Shown here: in pieces, positions 1-12,080 of the stretch
Layout of the letters: the number at the start of each line of letters is the position of its first letter
Numbering within the stretch: position 1 is the first letter of the stretch
NCBI GenBank assembly: GCA_946965045.2
Contig: OX337230.1
Coordinates: 1,674,001-1,738,000 of the forward strand
Source: Epithemia pelagica
Taxonomy: Eukaryota; Protista; Bacillariophyta
Reading direction: 5' to 3'
Length of the DNA: 64,000 nt
Notes under the pieces: model-generated
Told to the model about the DNA's origin: nothing
Database searches by the model: none
Seen by the model: only the letters and a program-made list of their open reading frames with translations
Program-made: the position numbers and the translations under genes

Positions 1-480
1 TCACTGATGTCAAACAAGATATACATTATTATTGCCCTGAATATTTAACAATATGGCCCATATCTATTAGGCTATCCCCCCTTCCCCCAAAGCAATACGA
101 GTACGAGTGCGAGTACACTCGAGAGTACAATAAAAATGATTAGGAGTAATGAATCGCGTTGGGCCTGACATATCGGAAGGTATGAAACAGCCCATATAAA
201 TAAAATAATACTACGAGTCTTCGAGTACTCGTACTACGAGAGTAATTGCAATGTTCCGAATTGAGAGCTCCGAGAATGACAACGGATACGATCCAGAACC
301 TAGCGGTCTCTGTCCCATGGCTGACCGCAGGACGGCGTCTCAAATCCCAAGTCATCCCAGTGAAATTCGAATTCATTGACTCGATCATTCAGGTTCCAGG
401 GACGGCCCATTGGAGGCGGAGTTTCCAGCAAATGCCTGCTGTTGACTGAATCGATTTGCAGCGGATGGATGGACGAATGA

Positions 481-1398
481 ATGAATGAGTTGCGGATGAT
501 CTCCAGCTTCAATCAGCCAATGTCCGTGCCGCGACGGTGTGGAACAAAAGTCGTCGAGTTGGAAAAGAGGGTTTCATTTGCTATTGATTCTCCTATCCAT
601 TGCGAGAGGGAAACTGAAAGACACGAGCTTGGTTCCCAGGTGGATTGTGAATTGGAAAAGAGGGTTTCTTTTTCGATTGATTCTTCTATTAACAGGGATT
701 CTTCGCGAGTTGATCGTTTCCAGGTAGAATGTGCTCCTGGGAAGCTAACAGAAGACTCGGGTCACATATCGGAGGCTTCCTATGATCTTGCCTGGGACCG
801 AGACCGGGGTTGGTCTCGGCGACGAGTAACCAACATCACAGAAAGTGATCATAGTTTACCGTTGGATGTACTAAACACTCCCATTCACGATGATCTCTCT
901 GACAGGTATGTTTGAATGCCGCTTATAACAATATGAGTGAGCAAATCAAGTGTAGTATTGTGCTCATGAAATCTCTTTTGCTTTGTCGTTATGGGCAAAA
1001 GCATGTTGGAGGATATTGCCGGTAATGACGATTTTGCTCAGTGTTCGTTCGAGATTGATGAACTCAATGTTTCTAATGAGCTTCTGAGTTCCATGCCTTC
1101 TCAGTCCCCTTTGCAAGAGCTGAAACGAGGAGCCTTCCAGACTGGGAAAGGAGACAACGACATGAGTTTGCGGAGAAGAAGGAAAACATCTTTAGATATA
1201 ATGACAGAGAGTGAGGCGCAGGATGCACCCATAATAAAGTCAAAGAAGACTGCACTCTCAGATAGCGATGCCAAAGAAAAGCTGAAAACCGACCCACAAG
1301 TCCTTTTCATTGGAGAAATCATCCAGTCCCTGCGGATGATAAGTGATGATGAACACTCCTGCAGTTCAGACTCAAAAAGGCACCCTGAGGGAGGATGA
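481..1398 (+). other. Possible hypothetical gene or gene relic (two same-frame ORFs 481-915 and 991-1398)
   Basis: Same-frame Ser/acid-rich ORFs; internal duplication ELEKRVSFAIDSPI / ELEKRVSFSIDSSI. No recognisable domain and no clean intron joining them was found. Confidence 0.25.
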
Positions 1399-1936
1399 AT
1401 GGATTGGTTGCTATTATGTGCATTGTCCAGAATCAAGATAGGTAACGGGACTCTTGTGATGACGCGGCCCTGAATGCTTGTGCTCCCCATTTGAACAAAG
1501 CCAGTGTACGCTGACAGAGGCAGCGAGCATACGGAGGGTAGCGCTTCTCAAAGGAATATGATGCAATGCAAACACAGGACATCAATGAATGACACAGAAA
1601 CGTGGTCGACAGTCGACCCAAACCGACCACATGATTAAGGTTTTTCGGGGGATGCCACCACAAAGTTTTGAGGGGCTGTTTAGTATATAATGCATTTTTA
1701 ATACTTTAGCGGGGAGACATTGAAACAATAGAGTCTAGTGGTCTATACTATGTCCGTCTTCTGGTTGTGTTGAGTGAACTCATGTGACCCTCATGATCCG
1801 AGAAGAGGTTATTGTGTTCCACAAGTCTCGGCTTCTGGAGCATTTCTTGCATGGAAAAATAGAGGCAGAGTGTTGCCGGGGTGTCGAGTCATGGACGGTC
1901 GTTCGACGCGTTGAAAGATGCGCAAGTTCCTGATCA

Positions 1937-3304
1937 TCAACTGACTTCTTTCACCACAACCTTTTTTCGTTCCGATGTGAATTTATGCTCTCCCTTACGA
2001 TCATATTTCACACGGTTGGCTTGCTTCTTGTCAGCGCTTTCTTTCTGAATGACTGCCTGTTTCGTCAAATTTCGAATGGCTCTGGGAACCTTGCGCGATT
2101 TATGAATCTTCCGAACCTCTGGCAATTGCTTATAGCGATCAACCAAGGCAGCACGGTAATTCATCGACTTCTCCTCTCTTCGTGTCAGCTGACCAAGTTG
2201 TTCATTGGCAACTGCCTTCCACAAACGTAAATTGCTATCGTCAGAACCGGAAATGACAAACTTGTTGTCAGCCGTATACTGAACTGTATGGACTCTTTGC
2301 ATTCGCTTGGTGTGGTAAATTTCTCTCGAAGTTCCTTCTAGTAAGGGAAATATTCGAATCGTCTTATCGTAAGAGCCTGTCACGAATTCTCGTCCCGTCG
2401 GTGCCCATGCCAAGGAAAGGACGGCCGATGTATGACCCTTGTAAATTCTCATAGGACTGTCGAGCTTTCGCATATCAAACAGGTAGCATTGGTAGTCCTC
2501 GTTGGCAACTGCAAAATTCATGGGTTCCATGGGATTCCACTTCAAGTCGTTACTCCGCATGCGAAGGACCGTCTTCTTCAAGGCATTGCTCGATCGAATA
2601 TCGTGCAAACCAATGCCTCGGTCAAGACTGCAATGGGCCAACAAGTGTCCTTCTACTGGATGCCATCGAACGGTGGATACTGTATCATCTGATCCAAATA
2701 GGTCACTATGCGTCTGTAAGGCATGCGTTCGATCAGGGCTCCATATCTGCACAGCGTCGTCCGATGCAGTCGCAAATCGGTCCGCTTCAACCCAGGAATG
2801 GTCAATACATTTGAAAGAACCGTTACATCTCCAGGTCGCAACGGGTGAATGCGAAGAAGCCCCATCTTTTTTATCATTGGGATGAAGTGTCCAGCGATGA
2901 ACTGACCCTTCATCGCTGCATGAATAAAATGCCTGTCCACCATGTGCAAATACCACTCCAGTCACATTTCGGTTGTGGGCCGGAATTTCCGTCAAACACT
3001 TTCGAGAGGCCAAGTCCCAGAGATTCACACAACCATCTGCGGCTCCCGAGACGAGAGGTAACAGAGCACTCCGACTTGTGGCTGAACATGTGACTGCGTC
3101 TCGATGTCCCAGTCCAATATTTCCCACAAGCGGCATGGCAAACATGCGTTCCATTTTGGCGGCTGTGACAGCCCGGGTATATTCTCGCGCCCTTTGCATT
3201 GGATGATAAGAAGGATTCAGGTTTCTCGACGTCCGCCGAAGATCACTAACACATTCTCTCTCGACGGAGGCGCCGGAGCTACGCTTGAGAGCTCTGACCT
3301 TCAT
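1937..3304 (-). CDS. DCAF13: DDB1/CUL4-associated factor 13 (Sof1/WDSOF1), WD40 U3 snoRNP protein
   Basis: MKVRALKRS start (ATG 3304), RNLNPSYHP-QRAREYTRA motif, WD40 repeats, REIYHTKRMQRV and the Sof1 C-terminal domain. Confidence 0.95.
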   Translation of the reverse strand: MKVRALKRSSGASVERECVSDLRRTSRNLNPSYHPMQRAREYTRAVTAAKMERMFAMPLVGNIGLGHRDAVTCSATSRSALLPLVSGAADGCVNLWDLASRKCLTEIPAHNRNVTGVVFAHGGQAFYSCSDEGSVHRWTLHPNDKKDGASSHSPVATWRCNGSFKCIDHSWVEADRFATASDDAVQIWSPDRTHALQTHSDLFGSDDTVSTVRWHPVEGHLLAHCSLDRGIGLHDIRSSNALKKTVLRMRSNDLKWNPMEPMNFAVANEDYQCYLFDMRKLDSPMRIYKGHTSAVLSLAWAPTGREFVTGSYDKTIRIFPLLEGTSREIYHTKRMQRVHTVQYTADNKFVISGSDDSNLRLWKAVANEQLGQLTRREEKSMNYRAALVDRYKQLPEVRKIHKSRKVPRAIRNLTKQAVIQKESADKKQANRVKYDRKGEHKFTSERKKVVVKEVS

Positions 3305-3675
3305 GGTCGAGAAAAGAAAACAAAACTTTTTGATGGTTGTGCGACTTTCGCAATTCTGGCGATTTGTACGAGCACATGACAGACGCTTCACGAGCGAAAC
3401 GTGACCGAACTAACTACTCCTATCTCCTTTTGGCCGAAGATGAACATGGTAGCCGCGCGATACTCCCCATAGGAGCATGTTTGGATGGATAATAGATAGG
3501 CGTCGGAAAAAGACCAACGTACGACCATCATTGGTTAAATGAGGACGACTCAGTCGGGTACGACATCGGATGACAAAAGGAAGATATGCTACTCAGTCTC
3601 ATCATTGAAAAAGTTGAGCAAACCGCAAACCGGTGATTTTTCAAGGTCTCGCCTATAATCCACAATGACATTCGC

Positions 3676-4653
3676 CTATAATCCACAATGACATTCTGCC
3701 TGTAGATTTCCGCGTCTGCCAAAAGAGGGCTCAATCGTCCAAACATTGAAGAACGAACCTTCGCCTCTTTCCTTTTTACTTTTTTGTTCACGCATGAGAC
3801 GAACCAATCTCCTCATGACAAGGATTTTGGATGTTAGGCCATTATCGGTTCCCGTCTTTTGCTCCGTCAGTATGGTGGGATATTCTTGATGCAAACGTTT
3901 CATGAGTGCAACTTCATTCTTTCCCGATACACAATAGAGGCAATCTTCCATAATACCTCCAGGACCACTTCGATACAACTGCAAGTACTTGCTCAGTGCG
4001 TGTGGAAGCTTCTCTTTCGCAGGCTCTGACGCACTGTTCCTAGTTGATTCATTTGTTGGTTCTAACGAAGATTCTAATGACTCTTTCTCAGTCGTTTCGA
4101 CCGCTGGTACAAAAGGATCCACGCCGGCAATCATCACAGTGCATCCAAAGGGTCGACATCCTCCCTCCCGTGTTAACTGATGTTGAAGCGACGCTGCTTC
4201 TTCGGCAACTTCTCGTACCGTAGGCGGCTCTCCATTTGACATGTGCTGCCGTTGACACCATAAACGCAAAAAGTCGGCCGTAAAGATTGTGTCACCAGCC
4301 ACACCCGTACCAAACAAAAAGATGTGGTCATCCAGACGATGTACATGCAATTGTTGGTGCCGTTCATTCTGGCACACGACCACGTATAGGATTGAATCTT
4401 CCAGTGATAAGGCACAGAGAATTGGGGACGATCGTGCAACCGCTTGCATACTGTATTCGACTTGAAGAAGACGTCCGTTTGGATCAAATTGGGTAATGCT
4501 ACGATCATAGCGTTCTTGTCGATTTGCGACTCGAACAACACGTCGTCGCGAATGGGCTCCCTCCCCAAGTCCCACCATCAAGATCCCAATAGCAAGTGTC
4601 TTCCATACTAGACCACATAACGAAACAGAAGAAGGTCGACGGTGAACTTCCAT
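3676..4653 (-). CDS. Divergent 20S proteasome alpha-type subunit with N-terminal signal/transit-like extension
   Basis: YDRSITQFDPNGRLLQVEYS alpha-subunit N-terminal signature, TGVAGD and RPFGCTVMIAG motifs. Preceded by hydrophobic LVWKTLAIGILMVGLGEG and basic SRRRVVRVANR. ATG at 4653. Confidence 0.85.
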   Translation of the reverse strand: MEVHRRPSSVSLCGLVWKTLAIGILMVGLGEGAHSRRRVVRVANRQERYDRSITQFDPNGRLLQVEYSMQAVARSSPILCALSLEDSILYVVVCQNERHQQLHVHRLDDHIFLFGTGVAGDTIFTADFLRLWCQRQHMSNGEPPTVREVAEEAASLQHQLTREGGCRPFGCTVMIAGVDPFVPAVETTEKESLESSLEPTNESTRNSASEPAKEKLPHALSKYLQLYRSGPGGIMEDCLYCVSGKNEVALMKRLHQEYPTILTEQKTGTDNGLTSKILVMRRLVRLMREQKSKKERGEGSFFNVWTIEPSFGRRGNLQAECHCGL

Positions 4654-4800
4654 GGTTTCCTTTGAACGCTCAAAAAAAAAAAAAAAAAAAAACTGGAAAT
4701 CTATTTTAACGCTGCCGCACGCACCACGCATGGTGACGCCGACCGACGCGCCGGGCCTAGAAAACTAGGCGAGGACTAAATAGGGTAGCTTGAGAAGAAC

Positions 4801-7800
4801 TCAAGCTAGTCCAGCATAATGAAGAATGACGGGACGCCATGTGTTGAGCCAGGTATGTAATTGAGTGGAGGTGGTTTCATGGAGAAAATGAGTTGCAGTA
4901 GAATCATAAAAGAAGGTACGATCTGCCCAAGGAACAGACGATCGCAGAAGATACAAGTCGACAATTTCGCGACGGGCTTGGTCGAGAGAAGCAGCTTCAC
5001 GAGTGGGGGCATTACGACCGTGAACATCCAGATTACGGCGCGTCCAGAGGTTGTGCACGTGTTGCCATATAATTTTGATACTGCCACAAATAGAGCGATG
5101 TCCAGAGAACTTGACAGGGTTCAATTCATGAGCAGAGACAAATTTGTCTTGGAGACTAATCCAGTCCTTGAGAAAGCGACCGAAGAACAATTGATCCCAT
5201 CCAACAAGCGTTTGGCGGATAATCAGGGCTTGATATGGTGCAGGGACAGTCGGAAGCGCAATAGGAGTGTCAGCAAGCCACAGGCGCATTGCTTCACGAA
5301 GAATGGTGACGAGACATGGATCGAAAGAGTTCTCAGTCCAAAATTCATTGAGCTCATCGAACAATGGACCTGTCCAGTTTCGTCTAGACGGGCAGCGAAG
5401 GAAGTGGGAGCGATTTTCTTGTATGTTCGGACAGTTTGGGCACATGCACGTATAATGGTTGGCGTAGTGTTGTTTGAGAGTGCCAACTGGTAGCCAGTTG
5501 TGGACGTATTTGGTGAGAAAATGGCAGCGATGAAAGTTTGCCCGCATCACAGAACCGTGTGTGTCCCAGCAAATTGAATCAAAGACCAAAGAAGACCAGT
5601 GATGTTTAGATTTCAGGTACTCTGTAATTACCGGGTCGCTCGAAAGACGGCGAAGAGTGCTTCTGTAGTTGGATGTAATGGTCCCAGACGGGCCATGCAA
5701 CGCAGCAACAGTGCCAGTAATGAGTGGGCTGAACCGAGAAGAAATTGTTGTAGGGTAACGGTATTCATCAGCTAAATGGTCAGCTTGGACGTTCAATTGA
5801 GCTTCAAGAGGCAATGTCTCATACGGGTGATATTGATCTTGATGTGCCTTGACATGACTGAGCGGAGGAATCGAGGGAAACTGACGTAATGTATAAACTA
5901 TCGACTGCTGCAAATCCCAGTCGGGTCCCATTGTTGAGTAAGGGTATTCAACTTGCCAGTCCAAATGTTGTCTGACGGTTTTGATCATGCTCAATGAATC
6001 CGTGTAAAAGTGTAGATCGTTGGGGAGATTCTGATTGTGAAAAAGACATAGGTGGTAAATGGAACGTAGCAAGGACAGATAGCCGTAGCTTTCTGCCCGA
6101 AACGATGAAGTCCTGAATCCGGGGGCGGAGCCGGCCAATTCAAACAGGCGTTGGTTTTCATGGGAGGCACATACAGCACCGAAGCTCCCGGTAAAGAGAG
6201 CCGCGGAACCATCGCTGCACAGGACAAGTCCGTTTGTGAATTGTTCGAACAAAATTGAAGGAGAGCAACGGAGAACAAATCCGGAAAGAAGATCTTGTTC
6301 CCACTTTGGCAAAGACATCACATGAGCAGTAAACGTGTTAGGGACTTCCTGTGGCACAGGATCCAGACGGTGACTATACTTGTGAAGAATCCTCTGGTTG
6401 AACGGAGCAGGTGTCGTCGTAACTGGGACAGCAGCTGCTGGGACAATGAGAGTAAATTGGTCAGTCGGTGAGAACCAGCGGTACAAGTTTTCATGGTAGA
6501 TTCGGTAGTTGGCACCATCGAGGACAAACAGTCGAGATGACTGTTCGCACAAATAACAATTCCATTTCCGTATTGTTGAGTAGCCAGTTTTTAGCCATTT
6601 GCCCAAAGGGTTGTTGAGTCGTCTGTTAGTATCGCTGGTGGTTAAGGTTGAAAGAAATTTCCGCCACAAGTTCCATGCTTTGGTGCTCGGATAATCTTGG
6701 TAGGCTGTTAGTCCTCGTAGAGTAGAATGTTGTAGATGCAGACCAAGAGTAGGTGATAAAGATAAGCATTGCCCGTTGCAGGTGGTAATATCGCTAACCA
6801 GTGTAACACCGAGATACAATCTGCATGCGTTCAATAGTTGCAAATCCAAAGGTTTCATGGTAAATTGTAAAGCGTGGTCCATTAGAAACGAGTCGTTTTC
6901 CCGCTGTAGAGGAATGATGAAATCTTGTGCGAGTTCAATTCTGCAGTCAACAGTTGCTAAAAAGGATCGGAGAGAAGGAAGCCACATCATGGGAGCTAAG
7001 TGGGGGAGTGGAGTTTTGACATCTTCGAGAATAGATACACTGGTACCGGCTAGCCACTGGCCCCAGGACACTGTAATGTGAGCAAGATCAGATGGCAATC
7101 CTTGGGACCGCAGACACGCAAGGAACATGTAGACTTGTGAGATTCCTCGTTCGGTAGCTAGGGATCGCAAGCCAATTCCTCCGAAATCTGGGGACCCGTA
7201 CACGATTGCATTTGGAGTGCACCTGTTATAACCGCATTTTGGTAACAGGACCTTCTTGAATTGTCATTGGAGGGCTTTACAGTGCTTGTCAGAGAGGGAT
7301 GATGATGGCATTGAGTAGGTAATGCTTGGTAAGTAGACCGAATGATAATACGCCCAGGCGTCTGTTCGATTAAACGGGCTTCGTGCCATGACACTGGTAT
7401 GTTGACTGTTTTTCTTGGCTAGAGCAAGGAAGAGACTTCGGTCGGTTGAAGCCGGTGATTTCATTACACCAAGTGTTTTATGGCTTTGATAAGCAGAGAG
7501 TTGCTTTAGCGGATGCGGTGAATTGTTGTTGTTAAACTGTATGCTGATACGAGGTCCAATCTGGCCATTGCAAAGGTACGGTAGCCCATCAATTGTAAAG
7601 TCAAAGTAGAGGAAGTGATACGAGCATTTGGTATCTTCCAGAGCTCCACCCGATACTCGTAGAACATCATTCCACCTTTGAGCATCCTTGGTAGCCTTGA
7701 CGATGTAATGTTCCGGTGACTGACGCTTGGGCAAGTTGAAGTCGTTCGTACTCCCGCTGGTGTCATCCACAAATCCTATCATAAAAACTTGAGCCTCAAT

Positions 7801-10329
7801 CTCTCCTTGTGGAGAACGAAATGTCGCTCCATGAGCCTTTTCATCGTACGCATGAAAAAGTACCGAACTGATTACACACCATATTCCTGGAGAGTTTCCT
7901 GCTCCCTGTCCGGAACCGTAGATTGGGAAAATTTTGCAGTGTTTGTAAAACTTCTCTGATACACCAAGTTGTGTCTTGCGGTAGTATTTTGCATCCTCTA
8001 GAGTTGCAGCATTGATAAATACCACTGATCAATGCTGGCCATAGGATCGAGATGCTAGGCTGCCAAACGACATCACGATTCTGTCGTAGCACGCCGTTGC
8101 ATCTTAGTCGAGGTGGACTAACGGCCGTTTGCTCGCGCGGCTAATCTCATATTGGAACTCTTCCAACATGGTTGGAAGGATAGCGTCTTTTCCTGGAACT
8201 CCACCGAACTGTTGAGGATGTAAAAGTTGATTGTTAGAACCGTTGCGTATCATCTGTCTCCATTTCACTGCTAAGATCAGGTTATAATCCTGTTCATACA
8301 GGTGTATAACTCTTAGACGATGAATCCGATGATTGTTTGGTTCCTTCAATATCATCACATTGACGATATGTTTCCATCGTGATAGGCTGTAGCAATGGCT
8401 GATAGCTAGATTGAGCATTGTCACTTGCCATTCGATAAGTTGATGTCGCTGTTGTTCCAGTTGAGCAGTTGCATCATCGTCATCTTCAATGGAGATTGGA
8501 TTGACCAGTGCCTTGCTATGAGACAGGTGAAAGCCAGACGGTGAGGTCGACGTCTTTTCAGGCCATGTTCGAATCTTTTCGGTCCACTCTTCGATTGTGA
8601 TTGTGTCCTTGATTTCGTCCAGGTTTGTTCGGGCCTGCATGTGGCGGAGTACATCTTGCGAGACTGAATCGAGTTCCTCTGTGTTCCATTGCCCTTCGAG
8701 AATTAGGTCTGCTACATGAGTCGACGCTCCCCAATCGATCCATTCAGAAAATGGTGGGCGAGTTGGAAAGAGACCATCTGCTTGACCAAAATGGGTTTGG
8801 TTGCGTTGAAGAAGACGACTTTCTATCTCTTCTGGCGTGTCAATACTGATCCAATCAACACAGGATTTGTAGTTAACGTCGTCAGGGTCGGCTGGTACGT
8901 CCAATCGAGTGATTCCTGCTTTCTCCGCTCCTCGACATTGGCGAATCTTCTTGTACATATTCTTGGTTCTTTCTGCCGCCATGAGATTCTTGACGAGTTT
9001 GGCCTTTTTCTTGTTACCTTTTGCCTCTGCGTCACGTAACTGGATAAGTTGTTCATTCTGACGATGAAAGACAGCATCTTTAGTTGATTGGCGGATCTGT
9101 TGTTGAATCTGTTGACACAGCGCTTGACATTCGGCCAGGGTTGTTGGTATTTCAAACTCTTCGTCTTGATTTTTGTACCTTGCAATTGCTTCTTCGAATG
9201 ACCTTTTTAGCCGGATAGACGATATTGTCTTGAGCAATATGTTCTTTCTTCGACGTAGCGTTGCCAGCTCGGACGAGAATGCTATATTTCTGGGCTTTCG
9301 TGTGCATTGCTTTGCTCCAAAAGTCCCAGCTCGTTGAAAATCGGCATCCAATTGCTCTTGAACTTGTGGTGTCCAGTGAGTTTTTGCTCTTTCTAGTCTT
9401 GTTCCAAGGTTGTGTTCTTGAAGATATCTGTGCTTTGCGGCGATATATTGTCGAACAGCGATAGGGTCCTTCGCGGTGAATTCTCGGCAAGGCATTGGTG
9501 CTAAGGCTTGTGTTCTGTTTCCAAAAAGTGCAAGCGTATCTAGATCAAGTATCATGCCTCTGTGGTCCCCGCTTCCTCGAAATTTAAAGGGCTCGTAGCA
9601 TGCGTATCGAACTGCGTCTGCAACTCTTTCGCTTGCCAGAATAAAATCAATTCGTTCGCTGCCTGTAACATGAGTACCGAAATCAGAATGTCCTATTTGT
9701 TGTTGCATCACGTCGACCAGATTGCATTGTGATCCGAGTGCTGACATTCCTTCACCCGAGTCTGACATAGACTCGTTGAAGTCTCCTAGCAAAAGGATCT
9801 CGCACTGTTGGTCTTGATATCGTTGAATGAATTCTCCCAGGTCCATTATGAATGCTTCTCGCGGTGATTCTCGTCTTCCTTGGACTAGCAGCATGCTTGA
9901 TTGTTGAGCGGAAGCTGTATACGATCGGACTGTTGTGTTTCCGTCATTATCAGTGTAGGTGATTGCTTGTTTACAGACTTGGTACGCTGCTACCACCAAG
10001 AGTTTCTTGTTGTTCTTGCAATTCATCAGTTGGAATGACCAACGGCCAAGTGAGTCGCTGCCTTGATCAATAATTCTTGCTGTGATACTACCCTGTGAGC
10101 CCATAAGGGTACCGCCGGGTTTGTAGTACCGTTTTCGTGCTGGTATATTGCTGCTCCCGATTGTTGTTTTAGAGAATTCAAAGTGTTTTCTGGTGGTGTC
10201 ATGTATGATGTTCTTGACTGCAGATTTTGTTGAGTCAATATTTGTTTCCGCTACTCCCCAGGTATCCGCTTGAAGTTTTTGCATCTCCAATAAGAACTCG
10301 GCATAATCTCCACCATTAACATACCCCAT
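4801..10329 (-). mobile_element. Non-LTR retrotransposon (APE endonuclease-RT-RNase H; Ambal-like), 5'-truncated and inactivated
   Basis: Three track ORFs lie in one frame, split by stops at 8104-8106 (TAA), 8029-8031 (TGA) and 7264-7266 (TGA). Motifs: APE (GVAETN, LLGDFNE, SERIDFI, SGDHRG), RT (D*DATACYDRI, GSGQG, GFVDD), RNase H (CSDGS, FRAESYG, YTDSLS, HVKAHQD, NVQAD). Confidence 0.9.
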
Positions 10330-10687
10330 CGATCATATGCAGTCGCGCAAAAGAAGAAGGACACGAATTCTTGTGGTCAGTGTTCTGATCCAAAGATTCG
10401 TATCTTTTTGCTTCGGCTTTTCGCTCCATCCATCTCGTTCCAACGACGCCACGGTGGCATCTCCTCCATCTCCATGGCTTCGAATGCCTACCACCAGTGT
10501 TTGTCTCTCTGACGCAACAGACTCCGCACAATCATTTTCAACTCAAGTTCTGGATATAGGAACGACGTGTGATTCAAATGCTGTAAAGTCCATCTGTCAC
10601 GAATCCCTGAGTTCAAATGATTAACTCTACACGCGCTTGAGGATAAATGACTTCATTGACAACTTCAAAAGCAGAAACGGCTTCGAA

Positions 10688-11839
10688 ATGATGACTACGG
10701 CAGTTTTACTAGCGCTACTGTCTTGTTGGAGAGGAGTATTCGTCCTGGCTTCATTCCACTGGGGAGATTGGCGGCAAAGCAACAGTCATGCTCGATCATA
10801 TCCTCTCAGTTCAGGTACTTTGATATTTGCCGTGAAAGACACTGGATCTCAAGCCATTGACACGAAAGATGTATGGAAGATACCTCGTCTCTACGTTGGG
10901 AATGATCCTTCAGTCGTTTCTTGTTCTTGTCACGAACTGCCGCTTTCGAGCTGCTTGGAACACCTCGTGTCCCGCAGCAACAACAAAGAGCCAGTGACAA
11001 GCATCCTTGCCAATGGTAGGTTGGTACAGCTCTCTCAGGACCAGTCCTATTACCTTTCGACGGTCATGCGATTCAACAGAGCCAAAGATACTCCAAAGGT
11101 GCGACTGTTTGACGGCAAGCAAGAGGAATGGCTAGCAGAACTGCAACTAGAGCCAACTATGGGTGACCGACCCTCCCGGTATTCCAACAAGCAATTGACG
11201 GCGAAATGCGTTCGTCGTCTTCGAAGTTGTAGGAAACGTGATGATGATGATGCCTCATATTGCTGGATCGTTGTGGCGGCTCCCAAAAAGAAGGAACGGA
11301 ATCGATGGCTGGTAGAGAAATGTACAGAGTTGAATGTCGCTGGAATGGTTTTTCTGGAAACTGATTTCAGTGAGACACCCGAACGATTCAAAAAACTCTT
11401 TTCCTATGCTGTAGAGGCTGCGGAACAAAGCGAACGACTGGACCTTCCCCATTTTCTTAGTTTTATGGAACAAGAGCAGAGGGGGCATGATGGGAAGACC
11501 AAGGGAAGAAGCATCTTCACGACCAAGCTTTCGTCCATGTTGAAACTGTGGGCCAGCGACCCCCGAGGAGTTTCTTTCTTGGTGTGTCGCGAACGCGCCA
11601 CAACGACACCTTCTGCCGTTGCTGTACTGTCATCATTGAACAAAGAATCTGGACGTCACGTTGCCTGCCTCATTGGTCCCGAGGGAGGATGGAGCAAGGC
11701 TGAAGAGGAGCAGTTTGATGAATTGGAAAACAAGTTTCCAACAATGTTCTACAATGTGGCACTGGGAGGAACTGTGCTTCGCACTGAAACCGCCGCGATG
11801 GCTGTAGTAGCCGCACATAGTATGACTTTTGAACCATGA
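10688..11839 (+). CDS. rsmE: 16S rRNA m3U1498 methyltransferase RsmE (SPOUT), probably plastid-targeted
   Basis: PRLYV N-terminal motif, WLVEKCTELNV, LIGPEGGWSKAE, LGGTVLRTETAAM. Signal peptide ends near VLA-SF; ATG at 10688 or 10691. Confidence 0.9.
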   Translation: MMTTAVLLALLSCWRGVFVLASFHWGDWRQSNSHARSYPLSSGTLIFAVKDTGSQAIDTKDVWKIPRLYVGNDPSVVSCSCHELPLSSCLEHLVSRSNNKEPVTSILANGRLVQLSQDQSYYLSTVMRFNRAKDTPKVRLFDGKQEEWLAELQLEPTMGDRPSRYSNKQLTAKCVRRLRSCRKRDDDDASYCWIVVAAPKKKERNRWLVEKCTELNVAGMVFLETDFSETPERFKKLFSYAVEAAEQSERLDLPHFLSFMEQEQRGHDGKTKGRSIFTTKLSSMLKLWASDPRGVSFLVCRERATTTPSAVAVLSSLNKESGRHVACLIGPEGGWSKAEEEQFDELENKFPTMFYNVALGGTVLRTETAAMAVVAAHSMTFEP

Positions 11840-12080
11840 CAAGATATAGTGTGGTCATAAGGGTACAGCTATTAGTAACAAGTTTAACCGTAACTCGATC
11901 GGCTAGCAGATGGGGACCTTTCGGAGCATTCCAATTGCTTATGTGTCAAAGAGACGAAAATTTAGTCCCTTATTCTGTTCATGGAACTTGTCCCCAATGA
12001 GTAGGTAGTTCCAATTGGAGAAGCGCCAATTGGAGAAGCGTTTCTTGAAATTCCATCGAACTACAACTCTTTATGAAAGT

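Noticed and set aside
95-245. GAGTAC/GTACTC-rich quasi-repeats as TE termini or a CRISPR-like array
   Set aside because: Only two loose clusters, with no constant repeat-spacer period, TSD or defined TIR.
4672-4692. A21 run as the LINE poly(A) tail
   Set aside because: The LINE is on the minus strand, so its tail would appear as poly(T) on plus. This run is a T-tract upstream of the proteasome gene ATG.
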